Positions 36,269-48,141 of a stretch of DNA of 64,000 bases are shown here, in pieces. Origin of the DNA: Centroscyllium fabricii (lineage: Eukaryota); contig JBNRSN020000029.1 of assembly GCA_051313645.2 (NCBI GenBank), positions 23,126,001-23,190,000 on the forward strand, read 5' to 3'. How positions within the stretch are numbered: the first letter of the stretch is position 1; every line of letters starts with the position of its first letter. The translations under genes and the position numbers were made by a program. The notes beneath the pieces were generated by a model. The model searched no databases. It was not told where the DNA came from and saw nothing but the letters and a program-made list of their open reading frames with translations.

Positions 36269-39200
36269 TGTAAGGGATCGGTTTAGGACCCAAACGCAGA
36301 AACACCGGAAGTCCGTAAACAGACACAAAATACCTTTATTCCCAGGACAAAATCTATATATATATATATATAACGATATGATAACCACAGTGTAATAAAC
36401 AATGAATGAATATAGTCAATCACAAAGAAAGCAATAGTCCAATGTCCCGAGAGCCGGTAAGCAGGAGCTCAACAATCCAAACCCTAAGTGTTGGTAGTTG
36501 AAAAGCAAGGCCCAAAATCTGGTGCAGAAGTACTTCCAGTCCCAACAGTCCAGGGAAGATGGCTCCTGTTGTGAACACAGCAAGTAATCCAACTTGACCG
36601 AAACAGGTAGTCCAAAAGCAAACTCGAATAGAAACTTAACAGTAATATATAACAAAATAACAGGATGAAGAAAACAATAGAACACTCTTACTCTCACAGC
36701 ACCAGAAACCAAAACGAACTGGCAATGAACAGGTGAAGACTGGAGGCTAATAACCCTCTCCAGCTAATTGTATAATAGGGGCTAACCAATCCAGAGAAGG
36801 ACATGATAATTGGAGTAACGACTCAATAAACTGAAAAGAACCCCTATGAACTTAAAGGGACAGTCCCAAAACCCTAAAGAAACCTCTATAAACTAAAAAG
36901 GACAGTCCACCCCATGACAGAACCCCCCCCCTCAAGGGGGCGACTCCTGACGTCCCAAAGCCTCAAATGCCGGATCAGGCGGGTAAAGAAGTGTGGAGGG
37001 GAACCAATAGTCCTCGAAACACTCCTCTATGTCCGTCTCGTAATCTGACTGAGAAGAATCCTCTTCGTCTGCAGATTCCCACTCATCATCAGGTTCCTCC
37101 TCCTTGGTCAGGCTCTCCTGTAACTGAATGGCTCCGATGACTTGCCTAGACCTCTCAAGAGTCGAAGTCTCCTTGTCTGGCTGATCGAGGTGGCTCGAAT
37201 GGGAGTCGCTAATGGGTTGCGTTTCCCCTATATCTTGAGTAGGACACGAAAACCTCTCCGCTGGGTCAAACTCCCTCTGCCCAACCTGTCTCTCTGGAGA
37301 CCCAGAACGACTATAGTTGGCAGCAGGCGGGTCTTGGTCCGTCGCGCGAAGGCCAGAAATCTGAGCCCGTCTCAGACAGCCCTGGTGACAGGAAAGGTTC
37401 CAGCCCAGAATATCTCCAGTGTTCCAATCAATGTGCGGGTTGTGGCGACGAAGCCAAGCGTGTCCAAGAATCAACGGAATCTGTGGTGATCGTAAAATGT
37501 GGAACTGGATACTCTCCTGATGGTCTCCAGACATCAGCATCAGCACAGGTGAGGTCTGGTGTGTCACCGTTCCCAAAATATGACCATCAAGGGCATGGAC
37601 AGGATACGACTGTGGTAGTGGCTCCTGGTCAATCCCCAGTTGCGTGACCAGATCCTCATCAATTATATTCATGTCCGCTCCAGAGTCAATACATATAATG
37701 ATGCTCTGGGATCCCCTGGGGAGAAGAAATCTTGCTTGACACAAGGGTCGTGGGTTGGAAGAGAAGCCATCAGGAGCTCGGCTCATCATAACGACTCCAT
37801 TGGTAGGTGAGTGCGGTCCCTTATACCTTGCTGGCCGAAACCCGGTGCGGCCCAACTGCATAGGCTCAGGACCCCCTGGCTCTACCCCTGCTGCAACCGT
37901 CTCTCTGGATGGCCCGAATCTTCCTTGGTTGCGACCCCATTGCATTGATTCGGGGGCCACTCGCTCAGGCCTAGCAGTCGCAGTCCCCCTGGGTGTCATG
38001 AATACCTCTGGAGTTTGACTAGGAGGATGTCGACCAGACCCTCCCAGACGTCTCTCACGTCGACGCGCCTGGATGCGAAGATCGATCCGGGTGGTCAGAT
38101 AAATGAGTTCATCTAGGGTGGGAGGAAGGTCGTAGGAGACTAGGTCATCCTTGATATACTCGGACAGGCCATGAATAAACACCTCCCTTAAAGCGGCCTG
38201 ATTCCACTCACTCCGACGAGCCCTGATACGAAAATCTATAGCGTAATTCGCCACCGTATCGTTTCCCTGGCTTAGACTCATGAGTCCCTGGGCTGCTTCA
38301 GAGTCGAATCTCACCCTGCCAAACACCCTTCTCAATTCAGTGGAGAACGCCTCGAAAGAAAAACAAGCCTGAGTATTTCTCTCCCACTCGGCGGTTCCCC
38401 AAAGCCGGGCTCTATCCGTGAGGTGATTAATTACGAAAGCTACTCTTGTCCTCTCATTGGCAAAGGTGTGGGGCTGTAATGAAAAAAGTATGGAGCAGCT
38501 GTTGAGAAAAGGCTCACACTGCTCGGGATCACCGGCATATCGCTCTGGTACCCCGACACGGGGTTCGAGTGCGGGAGCTATTAGTTGATGCATGGGTGCT
38601 AGCCCCCCCTCTGAATCCGTGTGTGGTGGAAGCGAGACCCCTGCCGACTCCGACACTTCTCGCTGGCTCCAGGCGGTAGTCAACCCCTCTATCTTGGAAA
38701 TAACTTCCCCCAAGGCCAGACCTTGGTGTGCCAGGGCCCCCTCCACATGTATCAGACGTTTCAGTGCCTCTGCTGGGTCCATGGTGGCCAGTTCGTTCTG
38801 TAAGGGATCGGTTTAGGACCCAAACGCAGAAACACCGGAAGTCCGTAAACAGACACAAAATACCTTTATTCCCAGGACAAAATCTATATATATATATATA
38901 TAACGATATGATAACCACAGTGTAATAAACAATGAATGAATATAGTCAATCACAAAGAAAGCAATAGTCCAATGTCCCGAGAGCCGGTAAGCAGGAGCTC
39001 AACAATCCAAACCCTAAGTGTTGGTAGTTGAAAAGCAAGGCCCAAAATCTGGTGCAGAAGTACTTCCAGTCCCAACAGTCCAGGGAAGATGGCTCCTGTT
39101 GTGAACACAGCAAGTAATCCAACTTGACCGAAACAGGTAGTCCAAAAGCAAACTCGAATAGAAACTTAACAGTAATATATAACAAAATAACAGGATGAAG

Positions 39201-39449
39201 AAAACAATAGAACACTCTTACTCTCACAGCACCAGAAACCAAAACGAACTGGCAATGAACAGGTGAAGACTGGAGGCTAATAACCCTCTCCAGCTAATTG
39301 TATAATAGGGGCTAACCAATCCAGAGAAGGACATGATAATTGGAGTAACGACTCAATAAACTGAAAAGAACCCCTATGAACTTAAAGGGACCGTCCCAAA
39401 ACCCTAAAGAAACCTCTATAAACTAAAAAGGACAGTCCACCCCATGACA
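36269..39449 (-). mobile_element. Young non-autonomous LTR element B (gag-protease only)
   Basis: The 651-bp LTRs 36269-36919 and 38799-39449 are nearly identical. TSD CTGGA sits at 36264-36268 and 39450-39454, and a PPT is present. Confidence 0.95.
36932..38782 (-). CDS. Intact 616-aa Gag-aspartic protease fusion (sushi-type Gag, no RT/IN)
   Basis: Capsid PERYAGDPEQCEPFL..LTDRARLW, protease [23 protein letters not shown], and an acidic tail. Uninterrupted from the PBS to the PPT. Confidence 0.88.
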   Translation of the reverse strand: MDPAEALKRLIHVEGALAHQGLALGEVISKIEGLTTAWSQREVSESAGVSLPPHTDSEGGLAPMHQLIAPALEPRVGVPERYAGDPEQCEPFLNSCSILFSLQPHTFANERTRVAFVINHLTDRARLWGTAEWERNTQACFSFEAFSTELRRVFGRVRFDSEAAQGLMSLSQGNDTVANYAIDFRIRARRSEWNQAALREVFIHGLSEYIKDDLVSYDLPPTLDELIYLTTRIDLRIQARRRERRLGGSGRHPPSQTPEVFMTPRGTATARPERVAPESMQWGRNQGRFGPSRETVAAGVEPGGPEPMQLGRTGFRPARYKGPHSPTNGVVMMSRAPDGFSSNPRPLCQARFLLPRGSQSIIICIDSGADMNIIDEDLVTQLGIDQEPLPQSYPVHALDGHILGTVTHQTSPVLMLMSGDHQESIQFHILRSPQIPLILGHAWLRRHNPHIDWNTGDILGWNLSCHQGCLRRAQISGLRATDQDPPAANYSRSGSPERQVGQREFDPAERFSCPTQDIGETQPISDSHSSHLDQPDKETSTLERSRQVIGAIQLQESLTKEEEPDDEWESADEEDSSQSDYETDIEECFEDYWFPSTLLYPPDPAFEALGRQESPP

Positions 39450-40433
39450 CTGGAAGGAAGAGCAAGCCAGAGTCTCTCTCTCCCTCTCGGCGGTTCCCCA
39501 GAGACGAGCTCTTCCTGTAAGGTGGTTAATAGCAAAGGCTACCTTTGCCGCCTCATTGGCAAAGGTGTGGGTCTGCAATGAAAAAAGAATGGAACAGTTA
39601 GTGAGGAAGGGATTGCATTGCTCAGGTTCACCGGCATAACGCTCCGGGACCCCGACCCGGGGTTCGGGTGTGATGCCTTGTGGGTGAGGCATGGTTGCCG
39701 ACACCGATGCTGGAGCAAGAACTGGTGGTGGTAGGGTCCCTGCCGATTCGAAGCTGCCTGTTGGATCCGGGCGGCGGTTAGCTGCTCCAATTGAGTGAAT
39801 AGCTTCTCCAAGGCCTGACCCTGGTGCCTTAGGGCGCACTCGACCTGTGTCAGACGATTCAGTGTGTCTGCTGGGTCCATTTCTGGCCAGATCGTTCTGT
39901 AACAGTTGTAGGTTGGGCCCAAATGCAATACACCGAAAGCATACGTAGAAGTAAACTCCTTTATTTCTGAGCAGTCAAAGACATGGGAAACAGTAGGTCA
40001 ATAACGACAGAAAGTTCACGGAGGCAACAAGTCCAAAACAGAGTTCAGGCAGGAGAGAATCCAAATTCAGAAACAGTAATATACCGGGTAGTCCGTCCAT
40101 GGGAGCGACAATCCAAAACAGAGTTCAAGCAGAAGAGAATCAAAATTTCCAGTAAGCAGGTCAGTATCACGAACAGACAGGATCAGAGAGCTAGGAACTA
40201 AACACAGGTATCACAGTCAGAAATAAATAACGATCTGGCAACCTCATGGTGAAAAGTAGGAGCTTATATACAGCTCTAGATTACGACTGGTTAATCTGGG
40301 CTGTCCAATCAGGTGCAGGCAGTAGCTAACGAGGTGCTGACCAGTTAAAGGGGAAGAGCCCACCTAGGAGTTAAAGGGTATATCCAACCTATGACGCTAT
40401 CCATGTAACTGTAAACCTTCAATCCTGGAGCAT

Positions 40434-43400
40434 GGGGAATCTCTGTTTGTACTGCGGCCAGGCCGGCCATTTTGTTTCCCAATGCCCAGCAAAATGCCGG
40501 ACTCACCAGTAGATGGAGTCGTACTGGTGAGTCAAACTCCTACAAGACTCTCTCCCAATCCACGACCCTTGTGCCAGGCCAGACTTCTTCTTCCCAGGGG
40601 ATCCCAGACTCTCGTCACCTTTATTGACTCTGGAGCCGACATTAACATTATTGATGAGGATCTTGTCACACAGCTGGAGATTGACCGGGTTCCACTGCCA
40701 CAGCCGGTTCCTGCCAACGCCCTCGACGGTCACCCCCTGGGAACGGTGACACATCAGACCACACCAGTTCACATGCTTATGTCTGGTAATCATCATGAAA
40801 GTATTCAATTTCATATCCTGAAATCACCTCGGCTTCCTTTGATTCTGGGACACACTTGGCTTCGCCGCCACAACCCCCACATTGACTGGAACACGGGAGC
40901 TATTTTGGGGTGGAGTTCCTCCTGTCACCAGGTCTGTCTGAAACAGGCTACCATTTTCCGACAACCATTAACACCTCTTCCCGCTTCAGATCTTTCGGTG
41001 GTTCCCACTGAATACCACGATTTTAGGGAGGTATTCAGCAAAGCTAGAGCCACGTCTCTGCCTCCACATCGCCCCTATGACTGCGTCATTGATCTGCTGC
41101 CAGGTTCTTCCCCACCCAATGGACGTCTGTATTCCTTGTCTGCACCTGAGAGGGAGGCCATGGAAACGTACATCAGCGACTCTATGGCGGCGGGGATCAT
41201 CCGTTCCTCTTCATCACCTGCTGGGGCTGGATTCTTTTTTGGACATTATGAATACCTCGTAATGCCGTTCGGGTTAACCAACGCCCCGGCGGTATTCCAA
41301 GCCTTGGTTAATGACGTATTAAGAGACATGCTGAACCGGTTTGTGTTCGTGTACACGGACGACATTTTAATCTTTTCTAAATCTCGTGAGGAGCATGTTC
41401 ACCATGTCCAGACTGTCCTGCAACGGCTTCTCGAGAACTCATTATTTGTGAAGGCGGAGAAGTGTGAGTTTCACGTCACTACCGTTTCTTTCTTGGGGTA
41501 CATCATTGCGCAGGGGAGCGTGCAGATGGATCCAGAGAAGGTGTCAGCTGTCATGTCATGGCCTATTCCAGAGACACGTAAACAGCTACAGCGGTTTCTG
41601 GGATTCGCTAATTTCTATCGACGGTTCATTTGCAGCTACAGCACGGTAGCGGCCCCGTTATCAGCTCTTACCTCCTCTAGGCTGCCGTTCCTGTGGTCTT
41701 CTGCAGCGGAGGATGCTTTTCGAGGTCTCAGGTCCCGGTTCACCTCTGCTCCCATTCTCCAGGTGCCTGAGCCGGATCAGCAGTTCGTGGTAGAGGTGGA
41801 CGCATCAGATGTTGGAGTAGGAGCTATTCTGTCCCAACATTCAGCTTCCGACCAAAAGCTACATCCCTGTGCCTATTTTTCCAAACGCCTGTCCTCGGCT
41901 GAGATGAATTATGACATCGGGAACCGGGAGTTACTGGCGGTCAAAATGGCACTGAAGGAATGGCTCCATTGGCTAGAGGGGACCAAGCTGCCGTTTCTAG
42001 TCTGGACAGACCATAAAAACCTTGAATACATTCGCACGGCCAAGAGGCTGAATTCACGGCAGGCTAGGTGGTCCCTCTTCATTACCCATTTCAACTTCAC
42101 CCTCTCCTACAGGCCTGGTTCGCGCAATGTCAAGCCTGATGCTCTGTCCCGCCAGTTCCAGAAGGAGGAGGTTTCCACTCCTGGATCTGACCTCATCCTT
42201 CCAGCTCCTTGTCTTCTTGCTGCTGTTACGTGGGAGATCGAGGAGAGGGTGAGATCAGCCGTGGAGGTTCAGGCTGGACCCAGCAGTTGTCCTCCCGACC
42301 GTTTATTCATTCCCACGAACCTTCGACCTGATGTTCTCCTGTGGGCCCATGCTTCCAAGCTTTCCTGCCATCCGGGGGCTCAAAGGACCAAGGAGGTTAT
42401 ACTGCGGAGGTTCTGGTGGGATACTCTGGAAGAAGACACCCGGGAGTTTGTCAACGTCTGCTCGGTCTGCAACCATCACAAGCCGTCTCATCGGGCTCCC
42501 GCTGGTCTTCTGCAACCTCTGCCGGTACCACATCGTCCTTGGTCCCACATATCCTTGGACTTTGTTACCGGTCTGCCTCCATCCAAGGGACTAACCACTA
42601 TCCTGACAGTGGTGGACCGATTCAGCAAGATGGCCCATTTCATACCTCTGCCTAAACTGCCCTCGGCAAAGGAGACGGCTGAACTTATGCTGCAACATGT
42701 TTTTCGGCTTCATGGTCTTCCTGTCGACGTAATCTCTGATTGGGGTCCTCAGTTTACGTCAGTATTCTGGAGGGAGTTCTGCAGTCTGATCGGGGCCACA
42801 GTCAGTCTGTCGTCGGGTTTTCATCCGCAGTCCAACGGGCAGTCAGAACGTTGGAATCAGGAGATGGAGAAGGCTCTCCGATGTATGGTCTCTCAGAATC
42901 CCTCTTCCTGGTCCCGGCTACTCCTGTGGGTAGAGTACGCTCACAACACCCTGACCAGTTCCGCCACCGGACTCTCCCTGTTCCAGTGCGCCGATTGATT
43001 CCAGCCACCATTGTTTCCGGACCTGGAGAGGGAGGTTTCCTGTCCGTCCATCCAGGCATTTATTCATCGTTGTCGCCGGACATGGGACCAGGCACGGACT
43101 TCGTTGCTTCGCTCGGCGGATCGCTACTCGGCTGCTGCCAACCGTCGTCGCTCGGAGGCTCCTAAATATCAGGCTGGGCAGAAGGTGTGGCTCTCCACTA
43201 AGGACCTGCCTCTCCAGGTGGAGTCTAAGAAGCTTGCTCCCCGGTTTATCGGGCCTTTCGAGATCCAGAAGATCATCAACCCAGCGGCAGTGAGACTCAA
43301 GCTTCCTCGATCCATGCGGGTTCATCCCACGTTTCATGTGTCACGAGTCAAACCAGCACGAGAGAGTACTTTGGTGCCTGTTGCCACGCCCCCTCTGCCT

Positions 43401-44150
43401 CCTCGTATGCTCGACGGTGGGTTGGTCTACACTGTTCGTCGCCTACTTCGCTCCCGTCGTCGAGGGAGAGGACTTCAGTACCTGGTGGACTGGGAGCGGT
43501 ATGGTCCAGAGGAGAGGTCCTGGGTTCCTGCTCGCCACATAGTTGATCCTCACCTTATGGCCGACTTCCACAAAAGACATCCCGACCAGCCGAGTAGGAG
43601 GACTGCGCCCCCTGGGGAGTCTGGGCAAGGGTCCGGTTCCGTGCATTCTCTGGAAGCCCTGCACGAGGAGGTACAATCCTCTGATGATGAGAATTCCCTT
43701 CATTCTTGTGATGAGATGGACGTGGATGAGTGTCCCGAGGAATGTTAGTACCTCCTCCGCACCCCTCCGCCCACCCGATTCCGGCATTTGGGGTTTGGGA
43801 CGTCGGGAGTCGTCCCTTGAAGGGGGGGGGGGGGTTGTCATAGGTTGGATATTCTAGCTCTCTGATCCTGCCTGTTCGTGATACTGACCTGCTTACTGGA
43901 AATTTGGATTCTCTTCTGCTTGAACTCTGTTTTGGATTGTCGCTCCCATGGACGGACTACCCGGTATATTACTGTTTCTGAATTTGGATTCTCTCCTGCC
44001 TGAACTCTGTTTTGGACTTGTTGCCTCCGTGAACTTTCTGTCGTTATTGACCTACTGTTTCCCATGTCTTTGACTGCTCAGAAATAAAGGAGTTTACTTC
44101 TACGTATGCTTTCGGTGTATTGCATTTGGGCCCAACCTACAACCGTTACA
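40434..44150 (+). mobile_element. Inverted 5'-truncated copy C of the element A family
   Basis: Runs from the gag knuckle to the 3' LTR (43836-44150, internally deleted). Highly similar to 32190-35810 in reverse. Confidence 0.93.
40482..43748 (+). pseudogene. Copy C pol (PR-deleted RT-RH-IN-chromodomain)
   Basis: ORFs of 838 aa and 245 aa. There is an in-frame RT deletion (AGFFF|GHYEYL), a YTDD motif and a break at ~42998. Confidence 0.92.
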
Positions 44151-44830
44151 GATAGACTGGAGAAGGTGAGGTTGTTCTCCTTCGAGCAGAGAAGGCGAAG
44201 GGGAGATATGATAGGGTTGTTTCACATCATCAAGGTTTCAGAGAAGAAATAAAGATAAACTGTTTCCAATCACTGAAGGGTCGATAACGAGTGGGCACAG
44301 ATTTAAGGTGATTGGCAAAAGAACGAGAGGCTGCATGAGAAAAACTTGTTTATGCAACGAGTGATCAGGATTTCGGATGCATTGTCTGAATGGGTGCTGG
44401 ATACAGATTCAATAATAACTTTGAAAACACAATTGGATCAATAATGGAAGGGAGAAATAATTACAGGGATACGGGGAAAGAGTGGGGGAGTGTGACTAAC
44501 TGGATTTCTCTTCGAAAGAGCTGGCATAGAATTGATGGGCCGAATGGCTTGCTTGTGTACTGTACTGTTCTTTGATTCTATGATGTTAAACACCTCAGTT
44601 ATATCACCAGTTACTCCTTTACATATAAGGGAATACTTATCTAGTCTCTGCAACCTGCTCTCATAATTGAGCCATTTTAGCTCTGGTGTCATTCTGGTGA
44701 ATGTGCACTGCTCCCACTCCAAGGCCATTCCGTTGGCCTTTTTCATTTTTGTTGTAGCTGTCCATTACCTTTTCGTGATTCTTGTATTGGACCCGTAAAT
44801 CTGTCTGGTCATGCACAGTTCCTAGCATAT
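44151..44830. mobile_element. CR1 fragments (+ 44151-44580; - 44590-44830)
   Basis: GATAGACTGGAGAAG..TTCGAGCAGAGAAGG..; paralogous to 57150-57236/58620-59330. Confidence 0.75.
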
Positions 44831-45138
44831 CGACGTTTAGAGAAATGTATGTGTTTCTGTGTTGTCTCTGTGTCGATTTGTATGACTGTGTATGTGTCTG
44901 TATACGTTTTGACATATGTCTGTGTACATGTTTGTGTATGTGTGTCGGAGGGTGTGTATGTAAGTCTATGTGTACGCAAGTGCCTGACAATGTATCTGTG
45001 TTCCAACTTCCCGTTGTTCCGTTCCTTTCTAAATACTGTTCAGTACCAATGTGTTTGGGCCATTCACCTCCCCTAGAAGTGCTGAATGTTCTGCTTAAAT
45101 TGGTATATTCTGATCAATTTGGGTTTGTTATTCAACAG

Positions 45139-45450
45139 CAGCAAACAACTCCTGTAAACCCTGACCAACTGAATCTGTATTTGGAATAGTTCACCAGTCC
45201 CCGCAACTGCTCCCACTCACCCTATGTATCTGTCTGTCCCACTATCCTTCCCCGGTGAATTCGGATGTTGCAGACAGAAACAGTGAAGTATCCAATGACT
45301 GATCCCCATCAGCCCGAGCCTTCCATGTTCTCACTGAATGAAATCATCCTTCACATTCACAGGAAGCAGGCTCTGTTTGATTGCTAAGGCCCTATAACCC
45401 CTGACTCTGTATTACTGCTGTCAGAATAATGGGCTGGTCTCAGAAATAAA
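45139..45450 (+). pseudogene. Defensin-like last exon plus 3'UTR, paralog 1 (pseudogene)
   Basis: Acceptor TTCAACAG, premature TGA at 45162-45164, terminal frame ..GEFGCCRQKQ* (stop 45284-45286). The 3'UTR is colinear with 63311-63480, with AATAAA at 45445-45450. Confidence 0.7.
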
Positions 45451-46409
45451 AATTACTGCATTGATTCAAAGGCCGCATGGATGAACTACAGAATTTGTTC
45501 ATCCCAGTTTGACATAAGAATAAAACAAAAAGAGTGACTCAATCGTGGCAGAGAAAGGAAATTAGGAATAGCATAAGATCCAAGGAGAGGGCAGATAAAT
45601 TGGCCAGAAAAGTGGTAGGCCTGAGGATTTGGAGCAGTTTAGGATTCAACAAAGGAGGACAAAGGGATTAATTAAAAAGAGGAATATAGAATATGATAGT
45701 AAGCTTGCAAGGATCATAATAACTGAGTATAAGAGCGTTTATCGATATGTGAAGAGAAAAAGATTAGTGAAATCAAGTGTAGATCCCTTGCACTCAGAAG
45801 CAGGGTAAGTTATAATGGAGGCCAAATAAATGGCAGACCACTTAAATGCATATTTTAGTACTGTCTTCACAAATTAGGATACAAATAACTTCCCAGAGAT
45901 GTTGGAGAACATAGGGTCTGATGAAATGGAGGAACTGAAAGAAATCAGTATTTATAGGGAAATGGTGTCACGGAAATTGACGGAATTGAAGGCCGATAAA
46001 TCCCCAGGGCCTGATAATCTACACCTAAGGGTATTATGGAAGTGGCCCAAGAAATAGTAGATGCGTTGCTGATCATCTTCCAACATTCGCTGGAAACTGG
46101 AACTGTACCCATGGATTGGAGGGTAACCAATGTTACCCCACTATTCAGGGTGGTAGAGAGAAAGCGGGTAATTACAGACTGATAAACCTGACATCGGTAG
46201 TGGGGAAATTGCTAGAGCCCATTATAAAAGATTTAATAGCTGAGCACTTGGAAAACTGTGACAGGATCGGACAAAGTCAACATTGATTTACAAAAGGTAA
46301 ATCGAGCTTGACTAATCTACTGTAATTTTTTGTGGATATAAATGGGAAAATAGATAAGGGAGAACCAGTAGATGTGTTGTTTTTGGACTTTCAGTAGGCT
46401 TTCGATAAC

Positions 46410-46812
46410 ATAGAAACATAGACACATAGAAACTAGGAGCAGGAGTAGGCCATTCGGCCCTTCGAGCCTGCTCCACCATTCAATGAGATCATGGCTGATC
46501 ATCCAAACCCAGCACCCTGTCCCTGCCTTGTCCCCATATCCCTATCGAGCCTACATCAACACATATCCCACCCCATCCCCGTAACCCCACATATTCAATT
46601 GCCCTAACTCTAAGGGTCAATTTATCATGGCCAATCAACCTAACCCGCACATCTTTGGACTGTGGGAGTAAACCAGAGCACCCGGAGGAAACCCACGCAG
46701 ACACGGGGAGAATGTGCAAACTCCACACAGATAGTACCCAAGGCTGGATTTGAAACCGGGTCTCCAGTGCTGTGAGGCAACAATGCTAACCACTGTGCCA
46801 CCGTGCCGCCCC
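46410..46812 (-). mobile_element. HE1-type V-SINE copy 1
   Basis: GGCGGCACGGTGGCACAGTGGTTAGC head, V-domain TGTGTGGAGTTTGCACATTCTCCCCGTGTCTGCGTGGGTTTCCTCCGGGTGCTC, and a CR1-type tail. Confidence 0.88.
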
Positions 46813-46821
46813 TTTTTTTTA

Positions 46822-47202
46822 AGATAGGAGCAGGAGTCGGCCATTCGGCCCCTCGAGCCTGCTCCGCCATTCAATGAGATCATGGCTGATCATCCAAACC
46901 CAGTACCCCGCCCCTGCCCTCTCCCCATATCGCTCGATCCCTATCGAGCCTGCATCGACACCCTATCCCCGTAACCCCACATATTCAATCCCCCTAACAC
47001 TAAGGGTCAATTTATCCTGGCCAATCAACCTAACCCGCACATCTTTGGACTGTGGGAGGAAACCGGAGCACCCGAAGGAAACCCACGCAGACACGGGGAG
47101 AATGTGCAAACTCCACACAGATAGTCACCCCAGGCTCGATTTGAACCCGGGTCTCCAGTGCTGTGAGACAACAGTGCTAACCACTGTGCCACTGTGCCGC
47201 CC
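46822..47202 (-). mobile_element. HE1-type V-SINE copy 2 (tandem)
   Basis: Same head, V-domain and tail as copy 1. Confidence 0.88.
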
Positions 47203-47421
47203 ACATAAGAGATTCGCATGTAAAGTTAAGGCACATGGGATTGGGGGCAAAGTATTGACTTGGTAGAGAACTGTTTGGCGGACAGAAAGCAGAGATTAGG
47301 AATTAATGGGTCTTTTTCTGATTGGCAGGCAGTGACTAAAGGGGTACTGCAGGGATTGGTCCATGGACCCCAGCTATTCACAATATACATTAATAACCGA
47401 GATAAGGGAACTAGATTTAAT

Positions 47422-48141
47422 GGGTCAGAAATTCGGCCCACAATGCGTGAATATGGACGGGGTACTCGTGCGTTGCCCCATAAGAATTGCCAGTTTCCGG
47501 CATGCACCACGCATGCATGTGAAACCGGCAAATCCGATCCCCTGAAAAATGGGGTCAGGGGCCGGAATGCGTTCGCGGGAGCGGGTGCGCAATGCACTTG
47601 CGATTTTTTTCACAGGTTTTAATCAGTGTAAGTAAGAAAAAAGTGAGGGCTTGTTTTTTCATCCGTAAAGAGTGGGTTTCAGCAGGTAAGTCTTTTCATT
47701 TAAAAAAAATAATTTAAAAAAGGTAAGTTGATTTTTAGCCCCGTTAAATACTTAATTTTTTTTTTCAAAACTTCTATTTTTTGTTTAAAATAGCTGATTT
47801 ATGTAATTGATAGTAATTTAAAAAAATGTGATTATTTAAAAAATATATATTAAGATTTATTGTGGTTTTGGGATTTTAGCATTCATAAGTTAGACGGGTC
47901 TTCCTGCAAAACTATAAATGGAGCATTCATTGCTCTGAATGGCTCCCCGCGGACAACGTGATCCCGTGGGATGATTCGCACTAACTCCGATGTTCAGATG
48001 CAACAGCGCAGCACACCGGCATATCACGAGGGCTCAACATTGGGATTTCATGCGGGTGGAATGGAGATCGGCAGGCGCGGTCTGTAAGTGTGGGTTGGAG
48101 GCTTGAACTCGCGAGAAGCCTCTAACCCGATTTTCTGGCCC
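47422..48141. mobile_element. Harbinger-like MITE copy 3
   Basis: TIRs GGGTCAGAAATTCGG/CCGATTTTCTGGCCC. The 3-bp TSD AAT (47419-47421, 48142-48144) restores the CR1 sequence when the element is excised. Confidence 0.85.

Larger units (their letters stand above)
31609..40396 (-). mobile_element. Sushi/Tf1-like chromoviral Gypsy element A (chimeric), interrupted in gag by element B
   Basis: LTRs 31609-32190 and 39898-40396, PPT at 32191-32205, and gag (39455-39880 plus 35728-36268). PR, RT, RH, IN and a chromodomain follow. Confidence 0.93.

Noticed and set aside
36416-36712. Identical 98-aa hydrophobic ORFs (also 38946-39242)
   Set aside because: They lie inside the two LTRs of element B and have no coding hallmark.
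44782-45189. Cys/Val-rich ORFs (also 59345-59647)
   Set aside because: They derive from degenerate (TG)n microsatellite upstream of the defensin-like exons.
46740-46812. tRNA-like sequence
   Set aside because: It is the head of a V-SINE, not a tRNA gene.
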